NCBI GenBank assembly: GCA_951406725.2
Contig: OX597820.1
Span: 68,448,001-68,512,000 of the forward strand
From: Octopus vulgaris
Taxonomy: Eukaryota
Length of the DNA stretch: 64,000 bases
Direction of reading: 5' to 3'
Position numbers and translations under genes: made by a program. This document shows positions 40,314-54,080 of this stretch, one piece after another (the stretch's first letter is position 1; each line of letters opens with the position of its first letter). The notes under the pieces are model-generated. The model was given only the letters and a program-made list of their open reading frames with translations. It did no database searches and was not told the DNA's origin.

Positions 40314-40939
40314 CTTCAAGGCTGTTATGCTAAATTTGATTAAATTAAACTTCTTGGCAAAATGTGGCTGAGAGCTGAATCATATTTAAAGTTTATGTTC
40401 TCATTTATTACAGACTACACACGCCCCCAGTGTAACCCAAGTTTATGGATACCAAATATAAACTTGTACGAATTTGCTTTGTTTCTTATTAATTTCTTTT
40501 TAATGGATGCTGACAATCATTAATTAGTCGGAAATTTTGGATTCACAGATAAATATTTACATCGAAGCAACCCAGAAAATTACTGAATATCAGTTTCATA
40601 AAGATGTACCTAAAAAAAAAGCATGAAGCTAAAACAGATATAGAATATAAAATATAATTTTATTGATATGTTAATTGTCTTTTCGGATAATATATTAGTC
40701 GAAGAAACATAAGCTTCTATCACGGCGTTTCCAATTTTAATGAAACTTCGGGATTCGTGACTTCTCCAAGACATATCCATCACACTTCATTAATGAATTT
40801 CCAGGTACTGAATGTGTAATTAACTTGCCATACGTTATAAGGTCACCATATTCTTATATTCATTTGATATATAGTTAATGTGGTAACATTTTAAAATCAA
40901 AGGCGTTTTCGTTATTCACCAGCGCTAAAACATTATTAA

Positions 40940-43473
40940 CCCTTGGTCTACCAGAGAAAATGTATGTCACTAATTACTAACAGGGTCCAGTGGACCCAAT
41001 GTTTTTCTTTTAATTAAATTTGATTCAAGCTACCACTATTTCTTAGATACATTATATATGCCATCAGCTGAATGAAGAATTACTGTTTCTCATGAGTCGA
41101 CCTCAATAATTATTCTTTGTTAAGCCATGTACTTATTCTATCGGTCTCAGCTTACACGATATATTACAAATTTAAAAAATTTCAAATGTGCAGAATTGCA
41201 GCTCTTTATGGCGGTGAATGCAGACAACACTGGAATGTTCTTGGCAAACATGGATTTACAATTCTTACATGTGGTACAAGGTCACCTGTGTTTTTTTTTT
41301 TTTGAGGGGAGGGGGGTCACACAAAGAACATCTTCCTTTTTCCTTTGGCTGAGGAATCTCAAATGAGGTTGAAGATCGTCTTCTTTTCTTGCTTGGTTGA
41401 GAAATATTAGCGGAACTAGAAGATTGTTTGTCATATTCTTGTTTATCATTAACTCCAGCAAGTTCCTTTCGTAACTGAATTAGACACTGTCTTCTTTTAT
41501 CCTTGAAACATTTCAAGTGAAGCTGTGTAGCAACAATGAAAGCATTCACTCCACGTATATTAATCTTGTAGAGTATAACTATAGGCCATCTTCGAGTCAT
41601 TCTTTTGCAAGTGTATGTCCTTACCATCTTATCTAGGGTATTTACTCCTACTTTTGTTTTGTTGCAACGTAATAACTTCAGGTTTCTTTTCAGCAATTTT
41701 TGAATCAATTGAAGGCTGAGAGCGCATTGTACTCAAAAGTGTGACTACGTAATTTATTTTGGGACAATAAAATAGGATCATAGAATCCTTTTGAAATCCA
41801 AATATTGTGCTGTTGATTTCTCTTTCTTTTCAATTTGTGAAAGCACTTGGAAGTTCAACTCTGCTCTTTCTAACTGTTCCAACTAAAGTAATTTTCTTGC
41901 TAGGCAGCTTTGGAGCCAATCCTAGATTTGTAAAAAAGATTATCACAAGTTATATTGCAACCAGTATTTTCAAGTTCTTTTACTAGGTCTTCAACAATAC
42001 TTAAACCTTGATTTGTCTCTCTCTTTCCCTTATACCGGTTCTTTTCGAGTGTAGATTTGCATTTTTCCGGACATAAGATGTTTTCACCGTCGCATATTGC
42101 TCAAATTTTAATTCCATATTTGCCTGGTTTTGAAGGAATATATCCTTGGAATGAACAGCACCCTTTAAATGAAACTAATTGTTCATCAGCTGTCATGCAT
42201 GAACTTGGAACATATCCATTTGCAAATTCTGATTCCACATTTCAAATACTTCTCTTATGGGCTCTAATTTATCATCACTTCTCTTTTTTCTTTCTTACAC
42301 TAGCATCATCAAAACGTAATACTTGTAAAATCTGTTGAAATCTTCCCCGGCTCACAATGTTTTTGATTATTGGTGGGGGTGTGAGGGACATCTTGTTGAC
42401 TACATAACTGTGTGACATTTCCATGTTTAGATTTACAAACACCTATATGAATAATCAGTACTACAAATTTCTTTAGTTCAAAGTGATCAATTTCCTTCTA
42501 TTTATATTTGTAAACAACCTGACCTTCAACATTTGTCCATTTAAGAATTACTTCAAGAAGATTCTGCCGCATAAACATAGTAAAGCATTTTTCAATGCTA
42601 TCGCGCGAACATTTAGCAAAACGGGATGGTCCTCATTCTTGGTGCACAATATTGCAAGATAAGGTTCTTACTGCTGTTTGAGTAAGAGGATCAGAATGCC
42701 AAACTTCTTATCTGTCTCTAGAAACATATTGCTCATTCATAATTTGGTGGCTTGCAGATGATTCTTTTTGAGTATCTTCATCATCTCATGACACAGAACT
42801 CATGTCCAAACACGATCACTTTCACCATCATATTCTTCCCATTCTTTATTTAATTCCAATAACTTTTTCGATATTTGGATTTCACTCAAGTTTTCAAGCA
42901 TAACAGAACTATATGAAACTTGATAGCAAACTAAAGGCAGATATTGCTCTCTCACATAAACATATTCTCCTGAAAGATGTTGCAATATATTGTAAGAATT
43001 GCGCCATCACAGAAATATTGCATCAAGCTATAACCTAGTAGAATGAAGGTGATGCAATACCATACAAATTTACAGGAATATTTTCATATTTTCCTATCTT
43101 ATCTAAAATCAGCAATTTTTATCTATTTTATACCTGATAAATATCTAGAAACATAATATCTGAAACTGCTTTTATTCTGTTTAGAATGACAAGAGTATTG
43201 TCTGAATTTAATTCGAGGGTCCAGTAGACTCACACGGTAATTAATGTATAAAATGAAAGTTTCTAGCTTTTATGAATATACGGAACATTTCCCATTTGTC
43301 AAATAAAAGAGAGTCAAGAAAAGATAAGAGTCACGAGAAAACAGCAGAATCAAATAATATAAACAGTAGGAAAAAGCAACTGAAAAACTGAAAGGGTCCA
43401 TTGGACCCGTTGGTAGATGTAATATACATATATACCTACAAAACAATATCAATATGTGTAGACGAAAATGTCA
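40940..43473 (-). mobile_element. Decayed piggyBac DNA transposon
   Basis: The left end is TTAA (40936-40939) followed by CCCTTGGTCTACC. A subterminal palindrome GGGTCCANTGGACCC occurs near 40983 and 43394, with a degenerate copy near 43217. A transposase remnant lies inside. The right terminus is degenerate and its position is approximate. Confidence 0.85.
41170..42830 (-). pseudogene. piggyBac (PGBD4-like) DDD transposase pseudogene
   Basis: Manual translation of the minus strand gives TADEQLVSFKGCCSFQGYIPSKPGKYGIKI* (about 42200-42100) and NITCDN (about 41955-41938). ORF 41265-41708 gives NKTKVGVNTLDKMVRTYTCKRMTRRWP and a Cys-rich end (KGRCSLC). Many stops and frameshifts. Confidence 0.9.
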
Positions 43474-43944
43474 TGAGTTCTGCAATGAATGAATAAATTA
43501 GTGGATGACAAAGTTTTTAACTATTATATAGACAATCAATAAAACCTCGAGGATTTCGATTTGTTTATGAATTTTCTTCCTTAAAAATAAAAACACTGAT
43601 TTCATACTGCTATCGTTTGAATTACGGTGAGAAGTAAAGATAATCACTCAAAAATCATCGACCTCTAATAATGCCAGAACTATCAAATTTGAGTAGTTGG
43701 TATTTTTTCACCATATTTTAACATGAACATTACAGCGTTCAGTGATATCTAAGGAAAATATGTTACAAACGTACTGTGTAAAGTCATTTGGCACATCTTC
43801 AAGACCGAAAAAAAAGGAGGAAATATATTTTCCGATGGTCTTGCGATTCAGTTAGCATATCCGGCTTGCTCTATCTAATAAATAAACTTGAGCATTTGAA
43901 GTCAAAACGTTTACGCTTGTAAATACAACGCACGTGTGTGCACG

Positions 43945-43978
<34 letters not shown>

Positions 43979-44187
43979 TGTATGTATGTATGTATGTATG
44001 TATGTATGTATGTATGTATGTATGTATGTATGTATGAATGTATGTATGTATGCATGCATGTATGTATGTATGTATGCATCTATGTGTATATGTAGGGATG
44101 GATGAATTAATTAATAGACATACAGAGAGAGTGAGAGAGATGGACAGATAGGTAGATAGATAAGGTAGATCGATAAATAAAAAAATA

Positions 44188-44268
<81 letters not shown>

Positions 44269-44299
44269 CAGACATATGTATCTAAATATGTCTGTATTT

Positions 44300-44540
44300 T
44301 AGCCTTTATCTTTTACATGTTACAGTTATTACAGGACGGTCATACTGAGGCAACTTGAGAACTTAGTCGAAGTAATCGACTCCAGTACTTCATTATTTTA
44401 GGCCTTCTGCTTATTCTATCCAATTCCTTTTGTCGAAACGTTATGTTACAGGGACGTAAACAAACCAACACCGGTTGTCAAGCGGTGGTGAGGCAAACAC
44501 AGAGACACACATACGCATATAAAACACATATATTTATATA
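44300..44540 (-). mobile_element. SINE-A 3' half, degenerate
   Basis: gggacgtaaacaaaccaacaccggttgtcaagcggtggtgaggcaaacacagagac. Confidence 0.7.
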
Positions 44541-44945
44541 TACTGTCACATGCACATATATATCTATATCTGTTTTTGTGGGTGCTTGTGTGTGTGTGTG
44601 TGTGTGTGTGCTTTGTTTGGAGAGATGAAATTCGAAACATCTGGCAGTGTTGTAAGAAGACAATTAACTCGAAGTATACTTAAAACTTTTGCATTATTTA
44701 ATTCTTTCTTATTTTGGATAACTACAACCACCTGATCGAAATCTCTATCTCTCTCTTTTAATATTTTTAAACACACACACAAATATACACAAACATTCAT
44801 ACACTAACACACACAAAGACATAAATATATATATATATATATATATATAGTGAAACATACATATATGTACATACACACATACATATATATATATATACAC
44901 ATACATACATACACACATGCATACATACATACATACATACATACA

Positions 44946-45005
<60 letters not shown>

Positions 45006-46053
45006 GTAGTTAGATAGATAGGTAGATTATAATTGATTTACTGCAATATATATGTATATGTACTGATATAATTCTGTTATAAACGATGCTATTAATCATA
45101 ACTATTTCTTGGAGTACAATTTTTGAGAAATTGGAACCTTCAAATCATTCAGTCTGTAAACTAAACTTAATCTTGTAAGAGAAGAAAACGATTTTAAAAT
45201 GTGACATTATCAATTAACTTCGTATTACAGAACGTGAGAAAGACAACAGTACAAGAAATCACAGCTCTTCTCTCTTTCTTCCACTCGTTATAACTCACGC
45301 ATATTCCACTACACTCATATTCCCATTAGATGTACAGATACACACATTGACATACATAATACATTGTTTTAATAAAATATTTTTCAACAAATAGTAATGT
45401 TTACAGCGCCTGTGGCTCTATCATGTCTAGATAATACGGCTTTTCTATTAGTTCCTCACGACATTTTTAAAATGCTTTTTTTTCTTCTTCTGTAATATAC
45501 ATTATATACATATGTGTGTGTGTATGTGTCAGTGTGAGTGTTTGAATGTGTGTGTATGTTATCTTTATATATGCATGTGTTATATAAATATACATATATA
45601 GCTATGTATGTATATACAGGTACCCATTGATAATATGTATACTTATATTTCATATGATCGCACTCATACCTCATTGATGTCATAAATTCCTACACACACG
45701 CAAACACACACACACACACAAACAGACAAACACACACACTCATCATAGATAGATCGATATGTATATATATACATATAGATACATTTATTTGTTTATCTAA
45801 CTATCTATACGCACACAGAGAAACACACACACACAAACGCACACACACCTATATATAGGTAGACAGACAAATCGATAGCTGGATGGATGGATAGATAGAT
45901 GTGTAGATAAGTATGGATGTGTAAATTCATAGTTATGTTTGCATTTTAATTATTACTTGCCAGTAATGTCGCTAAGAATGTGGCATTTAACATAAATATG
46001 CGTATTTTTTGATGATGATGATGATGATAATAATAATCATAATAATAATAATC

Positions 46054-46099
<46 letters not shown>

Positions 46100-46414
46100 G
46101 GAATGATCAAGAAGGGAACCGAAAATTATATGAGAATGATCCCTGGTTTACCATCCCTGCAAGAAGTGCAAAAGATTGTCTTAACTGGTACATCACACGT
46201 ATTGAGAAGAGCATTGTCGATGTGAGAACTATTACTACCCATGTATTTTAATTTAACTTAAAAAAAAAAATGAACGAACTAGTGAGTTTAGTTTAATGGC
46301 TTACCAATGTATACTATGAGTTTCTTTGCCCTAGGAGTCGGGAAGACACTCGGCAAGAAATGGAAGCAAATTTGAAAGAAGAAAAAAAAAGATAATAATA
46401 ATAATAATAATAAT

Positions 46415-46445
<31 letters not shown>

Positions 46446-47752
46446 GTAATAATAATAATAATCAACAACAACAAAAACAACCGCAACAACTTTCTAACAA
46501 ATGTCACAAAATTCCACTTCTTTTTCACACACCGACTGCTCTGCTCGGTCTGCCAGAAACTTCAATCGTTATTTCTTCCCAAAATCTCACTACAGTCTTC
46601 AAATATACAAGATACTATCATTGAATACTGGTTACTCCACAGCGGGAAATATAAGTGTCACTTCAGTTAAAGGGTTGTTCCAAATATGTCTGTTTGTCAT
46701 AGTTTCAATATTTTTCACAAAAGTATACCTTGACTACAACATCTACGAACTACCATAAAGAAAGCTCTAAATCATCTCAAATTGTATCTATCACAATTTA
46801 CAAACTTCTCACTCGGAGATAATGACGTTCTATATCCTCACAAGGAATATCAGCAATTGCAACTTATTAACAGATAATCTCTGTTTTCATTTATCGTCAC
46901 AAGACTGCACCGAATATATTTAACACTAAGCGTTTCATACGATAAAGTAAATTTTTGTAACCGTGATACAAAATATAAAAGAAATTCTACAATACTTAGT
47001 CAGGGTTGACATTGCAACTCATTAAATACAAGGATATAAAATAGCAGAAACCAGACATATCTCTTAATGTTGGGAATATATGTGTTAGGGATTGGGAGAT
47101 TTGGTAGAGTGCTTCTCTACAGTATTTGGTCCGAAGTTTTAGGCTCTAAGATCAAGTAGCGCTGGGATAGGAATTTGTCCTTCACTACGGTAGGATCGAT
47201 GATATCGAGACGTGTCCTGAATCATATAATGCTTATCATTATTCCATAACGAAAAGGAAATGTCTACTATTTTTTCTGAACAGCGGCGAACTAAATTAAC
47301 TTCATTTACCTCTATACTAACTAATTTACCTCTAATAGAGGTAAATGAACTTCATTTACCTCTATTTTCCTTTCGTTTATAAAACTCTCTCTTTATATGT
47401 AACCCATGCAAGCTTAACATTTCACCCTGTATTGACATACATGCTTGTTTGAACTCAAAAGAGAACTATAAAAGCAATCGTTAATTTCCTACATTGAAGA
47501 TTACTAACATAAATATGACATTCATCTCTTGTCTGTCTCTCCCCTCATAATCGTTGGCGTATTTTTTTACTTTCTCGGCACAATTACTTTCACTACACTT
47601 GCAATTAAACTACTAAAAACTCTTCTTTATATCCCATAAAAACAGATTATAAGCCATTTGTTTGAAATCAGCATGTTCTGTACGCAAGATCAATCAAAAT
47701 ATATACGTGCGAAATAACTAGAAAACCTTTAGCGACTGACAAAAACAATATG

Positions 47753-47900
<148 letters not shown>

Positions 47901-48121
47901 TATGTACATATATATACTCGTATATAAATAAGGATCAGATCGTTAATTTAAATATCGGTCTTATCAAGCGGCCAGCATGGGAATAAAAACCTTCAAAGGT
48001 AATAATTATTATTAAAATTATAATTTAGGGTACCTAAATGCTGGAAATAGCAGCCACAACTTGATTCTAAAAGCACATTAAATGCTCATACAGCACTATA
48101 TATATATATATATTTATATTT

Positions 48122-48500
48122 AGGAGTGGCTGGGTGGTAAGTAGTTTGCTTACGAATCACATAGTTCCGGGTTCAGTCCCACTGCGTGGCACCTTGGGAG
48201 TCTTCTACTATGGCCTCGAGCCGACCAAACCTTCTGAGTAGATTTGGTAGACGGAAACTGAACGAAGCTCGTCGTATATATGTTTGTGAGTCTGTGCCTC
48301 TCGCCCACCCGAACATTGCTTGACAACCGATGCTGGTGTGTTTACGCCCCCGTCATTAGCGGTTCGGCAAAAGAGACTGATAGAATAAGTACTAGGCTTA
48401 CAAAGAATAAGTCCTGGGTTCGATTTGCCCGACTAAAGGCGGTGCTCCGGAATGGCCACAATCAAGTGACTGAAACTAGTAAAAGACAGAGTAAAATAAA
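48122..48500 (+). mobile_element. SINE-A, near full length
   Basis: Head aggagtggctgggtggtaagtag...gggttcagtccc and tail gtgactgaaactagtaaaagac. Confidence 0.88.
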
Positions 48501-49563
48501 GAAGAATCATATATTCTGTAACATAGACCTGGATGCAGATTGCTCCTAAAACAAAAGACGGGATGATCATGAATAACAAGAATAACTTTGATCCTAAGAC
48601 CGAAGACGTAGATCTATGCACATTCTATTTAATTATTTTTTTGGAGTTCTTTTTTTTTAGCAACAGCTACGTTTGAACCAAACTTAAAGCCATATATATA
48701 TGTCATTCAAATTTTGGGAGACTTATTGTTTTCTTGATTGTATCGTATGATTTAACTTAATGCTTGCTTAATACTGGTGAATGGTCAGACTTATTCTCTC
48801 TCACAAACGCCCTTAATCAAATATTGATCAATTTAGATTCCAAACTGGTTTACGTTGTCTCCTGAAAAAATACTCATCGTAAATGATAACACACGTGTCA
48901 TCTTAAAGGATAAAAGTTTCTTGATGTATTCATTAAATGAAGTAATTTAGACCTACCTAAATATTAAACAACGTTAGGTTGGTTTGGTTTTCTCTTTATA
49001 AAATGTGAATGGTAATATACTAGTAATATTTTGGAGAAAAAAGCATCATCACCTTCAATTGAATTTTAAAATTCCTCTGTCTCTACGTGAAAGTGTTCAA
49101 TATCGCAATTGAATGAACACCGAACTGAAATAGTCACCTAATTTACATTAGATAATTATCATATTGACAGAAACGTAACAGACCAGACAGGCAGGCAAGA
49201 AAACGGTTGTTTAATGACCGTAATTGTCTAAAAGATCTTCCTCTAAAAGACAGGAAAGATTCCCACGTAAATAAAATTCTGTCTTCACTATATAATAGAC
49301 TTTTGGTTAATTTATTAAAGTTTTATTCGGTTCAACCATGAAGAAGGCTCCACCTATTTTGTTGTCGTTTAAATGCAAAATATCGGAAATGACTTCTTAC
49401 ACCTTTAAAATAAATTCCTCTGACAACTGTTTCATTAAACTCACACAGTGACACTTAGGAAATATAGAAATGGGGTCGAGAGAGGAGGTTGGGACAAAAG
49501 AGGAAGAGAGAGAGAGAGAAAGAGAGAGAGAAAAGTGGGAGAAGTGGAGAGAGAAAGAGAGAA

Positions 49564-49822
49564 AGAAAGAGTGTGTGAGAGGAAATGTAAGGGTAGCATC
49601 TGAGAGCTTGACTCTTTATCAGATTAATTAGATGAAGTAACAACTGAATTATAAAAAAACAATGGAAGAATTTTTACGTGACATCTTATATATATATATA
49701 AGATGTCACGTAAAAATTCTTCCATTGTTTTTTTATAATTCAGTTGTTACTTCATCTAATTAATCTGATAAAGAGTCAAGCTCTCAGATGCTACCCTACA
49801 TTTCCTCTCACACACTCTTTCT
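49564..49822. repeat. 259-bp near-perfect palindrome centred on (TA)7
   Basis: Arms 49564-49693 and 49694-49822 are reverse complements except for a 1-nt indel. Confidence 0.95.
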
Positions 49823-49966
49823 ATATATATATCTATAATCTAAAGTAGCTGATTTTAAAACCTCTGAAGAAGATTCACATAGTAACACCACTAAACACTA
49901 ATGTTTGTTTACACTTTTACATGGCTGTTCCATGTAGAACCATGTTACTATATTTTAACCCTATAG

Positions 49967-50428
<462 letters not shown>

Positions 50429-50448
50429 TATATATATATATATATATA

Positions 50449-53225
50449 TCAAATTGTACACATAAGACAACTGAATATCGTCATGTGCACTACATATCGC
50501 CCACCAGATGCCCCAAATCACCCAGGCATGTTTGAAGACTGCCTAACAAAAATAGAAGAAGTCCTCACCAAACCTGAACAACACAACAGTGTATTCTTCA
50601 TGGGTGACTTTAACTTCCCCAATGTGGAATGGCCTGGGGGGGCAGATGCTCTCAGGGATGACACACCATCAGCAGGCACAGGCAGAGTCCCTGCTCCATC
50701 TCACAAATACCTCTTTCATGGAGCAAATAGTTCTGCAACCAACAAGGGCAGATAATATACTGGATCTCTGCTTCACACACAATATGGATATTATCCATAA
50801 TGTTAAAGTGATGCCGACAATGATCTCAGATCACAACATAATAGAGCTGTCTATGTATGGGCCAAAAGCCCCCGTAGTCACACAGCCTATACGAAGCATC
50901 CACCATCTCTCCAACTTAAACTTTCATAAAGCAAACTGGAAGTTGATTGAGAAAGAGATCCTCAAACAGGATTAGCCTAAATGTCTCTCCACACCGGACA
51001 TTAACATGAAACACAAACACTTCATGTCCATAATACAAGCCATATGTGACAAATATGTCCCAGTGTACAGGGCCAGCACACACAAAAACAAAAACAGGAT
51101 CCCTAGAGAAAGGAGGATTCTTATGAGACGACGGACAATGATTGCGAACCGCCTGAGCAAGCACACCAAAAGTGGTGAGAAGTCTCGGCTCGAGAGAATG
51201 CTAATGGAAATTGAGAAAAATCTGCATCAATCCCATGAAAAGGAGAGAGCAGATAAAGAAGTTTGGGTAATATAAAATATAAAATCAAACCTTGAAGCTT
51301 TCTTTAAGTTTGCCAAAGAGACAGCCACAGTGCACCAGAGAATAGGACCTCTCTTCCAAAAAGATGGCTCTCTCACAGGAAATCCCACGAGGATAAGTGA
51401 AATACTGAACGAACAATTCCAAAGTGTGTTCACTACACCTCTGGGACACAGGCAAATAAACAACCCAGAAGAATTCTTTGCCACTTTACCTGCGGCCAAA
51501 GAGGCAAAAATTGAGTTCATTAACATTTAAGATGATGATATCACACTAGCCATAGATGAGATTGACACAAACTCAGCTGCTGGACCTGATGGATTTCCAG
51601 CGATCCTTCTCAGATCGTGCAAACGAGCCCGTGCAAAACCGCTACAGCTTCTTTTTCAGAGCTTCCTTGCAAGTGGTAAGCTCCCAGTCAAATTGAAAGA
51701 GGGGGTAATATGCCCTATCCATAAGGGAGGTAGCAGAGCAGATGCTAAAAATTATAGGCCTATCTCTCTGACCTCACACATCAGTAAAGTCATGGAACGA
51801 ATAGTCCGCAAGAAACTAATCATGTTCCTTGAAGAAAATGACTTGCTGTCTGACACCCAACATGGATTTCGACCAGGTAGAAGCTGCCTAACACAGCTCC
51901 TGCAACACCATGACTGGGTGTTAAAACAGCTACTAAATGGCTCAAATATGGATGTAATATATCTCGACTTTGCAAAAGCCTTTGATAAAGTCGACCATGG
52001 TATGATCTGTCACAAACTGCGTGGTCTCGGCATAGGCGGAAAACTTGGAGAGTGGCTGCACAACTTCCTAAAAGACAGAAGACAGGCAGTTGTGAGCAAT
52101 GGAGCTACCTCCAAGGAAACACAAATAACAAGCGGTGTTCCACAGGGTACTATCTTCGGGCCACTGCTGTTCATAGTGGCCCTTTCAGACATACCTTCAG
52201 TTTCTACGATGGCCACCCTTGCTTGCTATGCAGATGACACAAAAGTCTCCCACACAATACAAAACTCTGAAAATAGTGCGCATCTGCAACAGGAGTTGGA
52301 TAAAATATACAGGTGGGCGGCGGACAACAACATGCAGTTTAATGTAGGTAAGTTCCAGGCCCTGCGCTACCGGCACACAAAGGTAAACGACGTGCAGACT
52401 GGATACACTGGCCCAGGAAGAATTGCAATCCCTGAGTCAAAATCAGTGCGTGACCTAGGCATTGACATGAGCAATGATGCATCTTTCCAAGTGCATATTA
52501 CTAATCTGGTGATAAAATGCAGACGGCTAGCTGGATAGATTCTCCGAACTTTCAGAACAAGAGAGAAGGAGACACTGATGGTCCTCTGGAAAACATTCGT
52601 CCTCAGCCGCTTGGACTACTGCTCCCAACTATGGTCAGCACACAATATAAAAATAACAGCAGAACTCGAAGAAATTCAGAGAAGCTACACAAAGAAGATC
52701 GTCTCAATGCAACTTATCAGCTACTGGGAAATACTGAAAGTATTAAACCTCTTCTCCCTAGAGCGGAGGCGGGAGAGATATGCGGTGATCTACATCTAGA
52801 AAATCCTGGAGGGTCTTGTCCCAAACTTTGGCATTCAAAGTTACCCCAACCGCAGAAAGGGGCGCCACTGCATGGTGCCAAAGATCCAACATCACCATCA
52901 AAATACAGGACCAGATACTGCAACAGCTTGGGTTTCAGAGGACCACAGCTCTTTAACATCCTCCCTAAATGCCTAAGAGACTTACTTGATGTGGATGTGG
53001 GTTTCTTTGAAACTAAACTGGATCTCTTCTTGTTGGGAGTCCCAGATGAACCTACCTCACGACAGGAGACGCAGATGCGGGCAGCAGCATCGAACTCCCT
53101 TGTTGATCAAGTGCCACGTATCAGAGGTGGATTCACATATTAGTGTAGCTCATTCAGCGGTGGTGCCCTAGCATGGCCGCAGCCTTCGGGCTAAAACATT
53201 TTTAAGGATTTTTTTTTAAAGGATT
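50449..53225 (+). mobile_element. 5'-truncated CR1-clade non-LTR retrotransposon (ORF2 APE endonuclease + reverse transcriptase), disabled by stops and frameshifts
   Basis: Endonuclease motifs YRPP, MGDFNFP, ILDLCFT and SDHNII (50490-50845). RT motifs NYRPISLTS, QHGFRPGRSC, YLDFAKAFDKV, SGVPQG and YADDTK (ORF 51693-52538). C-terminal RLDYCSQLWS and SLERRRER. In-frame stops near 50973, 51273, 51528, 52536 and 52797. The 3' tail carries a hairpin, and both ends abut (TA)n. Confidence 0.93.
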
Positions 53226-53261
53226 TATATAAACATATATGTATATACATATATATATATA

Positions 53262-53447
53262 TTAGATATCCTCCTGTTACGGGTTCCAGACGAGACTAAC
53301 CTCACGGCAGGAAGCACAGATGAGGGCAGCAGCATCAAACACCCTCATTGACCAAAAGCTACATATCTGAGGAGGTTCCAAATAATGGTGTAGCTCAGTC
53401 AACAGTGATGATCCAGCATGACAGCACCTCTGCAGCTGAAACATTTT
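53262..53447 (+). mobile_element. Second, diverged 3'-end fragment of the same LINE family
   Basis: ccagacgagactaacctcacggcaggaagcacagatgagggcagcagcatcaaac matches 53042-53095 (ccagatgaacctacctcacgacaggagacgcagatgcgggcagcagcatcgaac). It ends in ccagcatg...gctgaaacatttt. Confidence 0.85.
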
Positions 53448-53470
53448 ATAATAGTTAAAATTAAAATATG

Positions 53471-53537
<67 letters not shown>

Positions 53538-53643
53538 GTATATATATGTATATATATGTATATATATGTATATATATATATATATGTATACATATATGTA
53601 TATATATATATGCATATATATATATGTATGTATATATATATGC

Positions 53644-53693
<50 letters not shown>

Positions 53694-53694
53694 A

Positions 53695-53913
53695 CACCAA
53701 TCCCTCGCTATATCGTGGTTCACCTATCGGGGTTTATTATTTAATCTTACATTGATTCTTCCGTGGTATTGTTTTTCACTTACGATAAAATATAGAGACT
53801 ATAAAAAAAAAACAATAAACAAATATACAGTACAGTACTGTTTCTACTTCGTGGATTCTCACTTGTCACGGATATTTTGGAACGTGATACCCGCGATAGT
53901 CGAGAGATTACTG
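53695..53913. mobile_element. Tigger/pogo-type MITE (219 bp)
   Basis: Imperfect TIRs caccaatccctcgctatatcgtgg and ccgcgatagtcgagagattactg, each flanked by TA. No coding capacity. Inserted in (TA)n. Confidence 0.75.
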
Positions 53914-53921
53914 TATATATG

Positions 53922-54001
<80 letters not shown>

Positions 54002-54080
54002 AAAAGACAGAAAGAGAGAGAAGGAGGGTCATAGAAAAGTTACTTTCTTTATTAAACTCTATTTTAATATTTATACAGAT

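Noticed and set aside
50973-52799. Three apparent TGG-to-TAG stops in the LINE, suggesting deaminase editing
   Set aside because: Too few events, and Trp codons are the usual route to stops under neutral decay. A consensus comparison would be needed.
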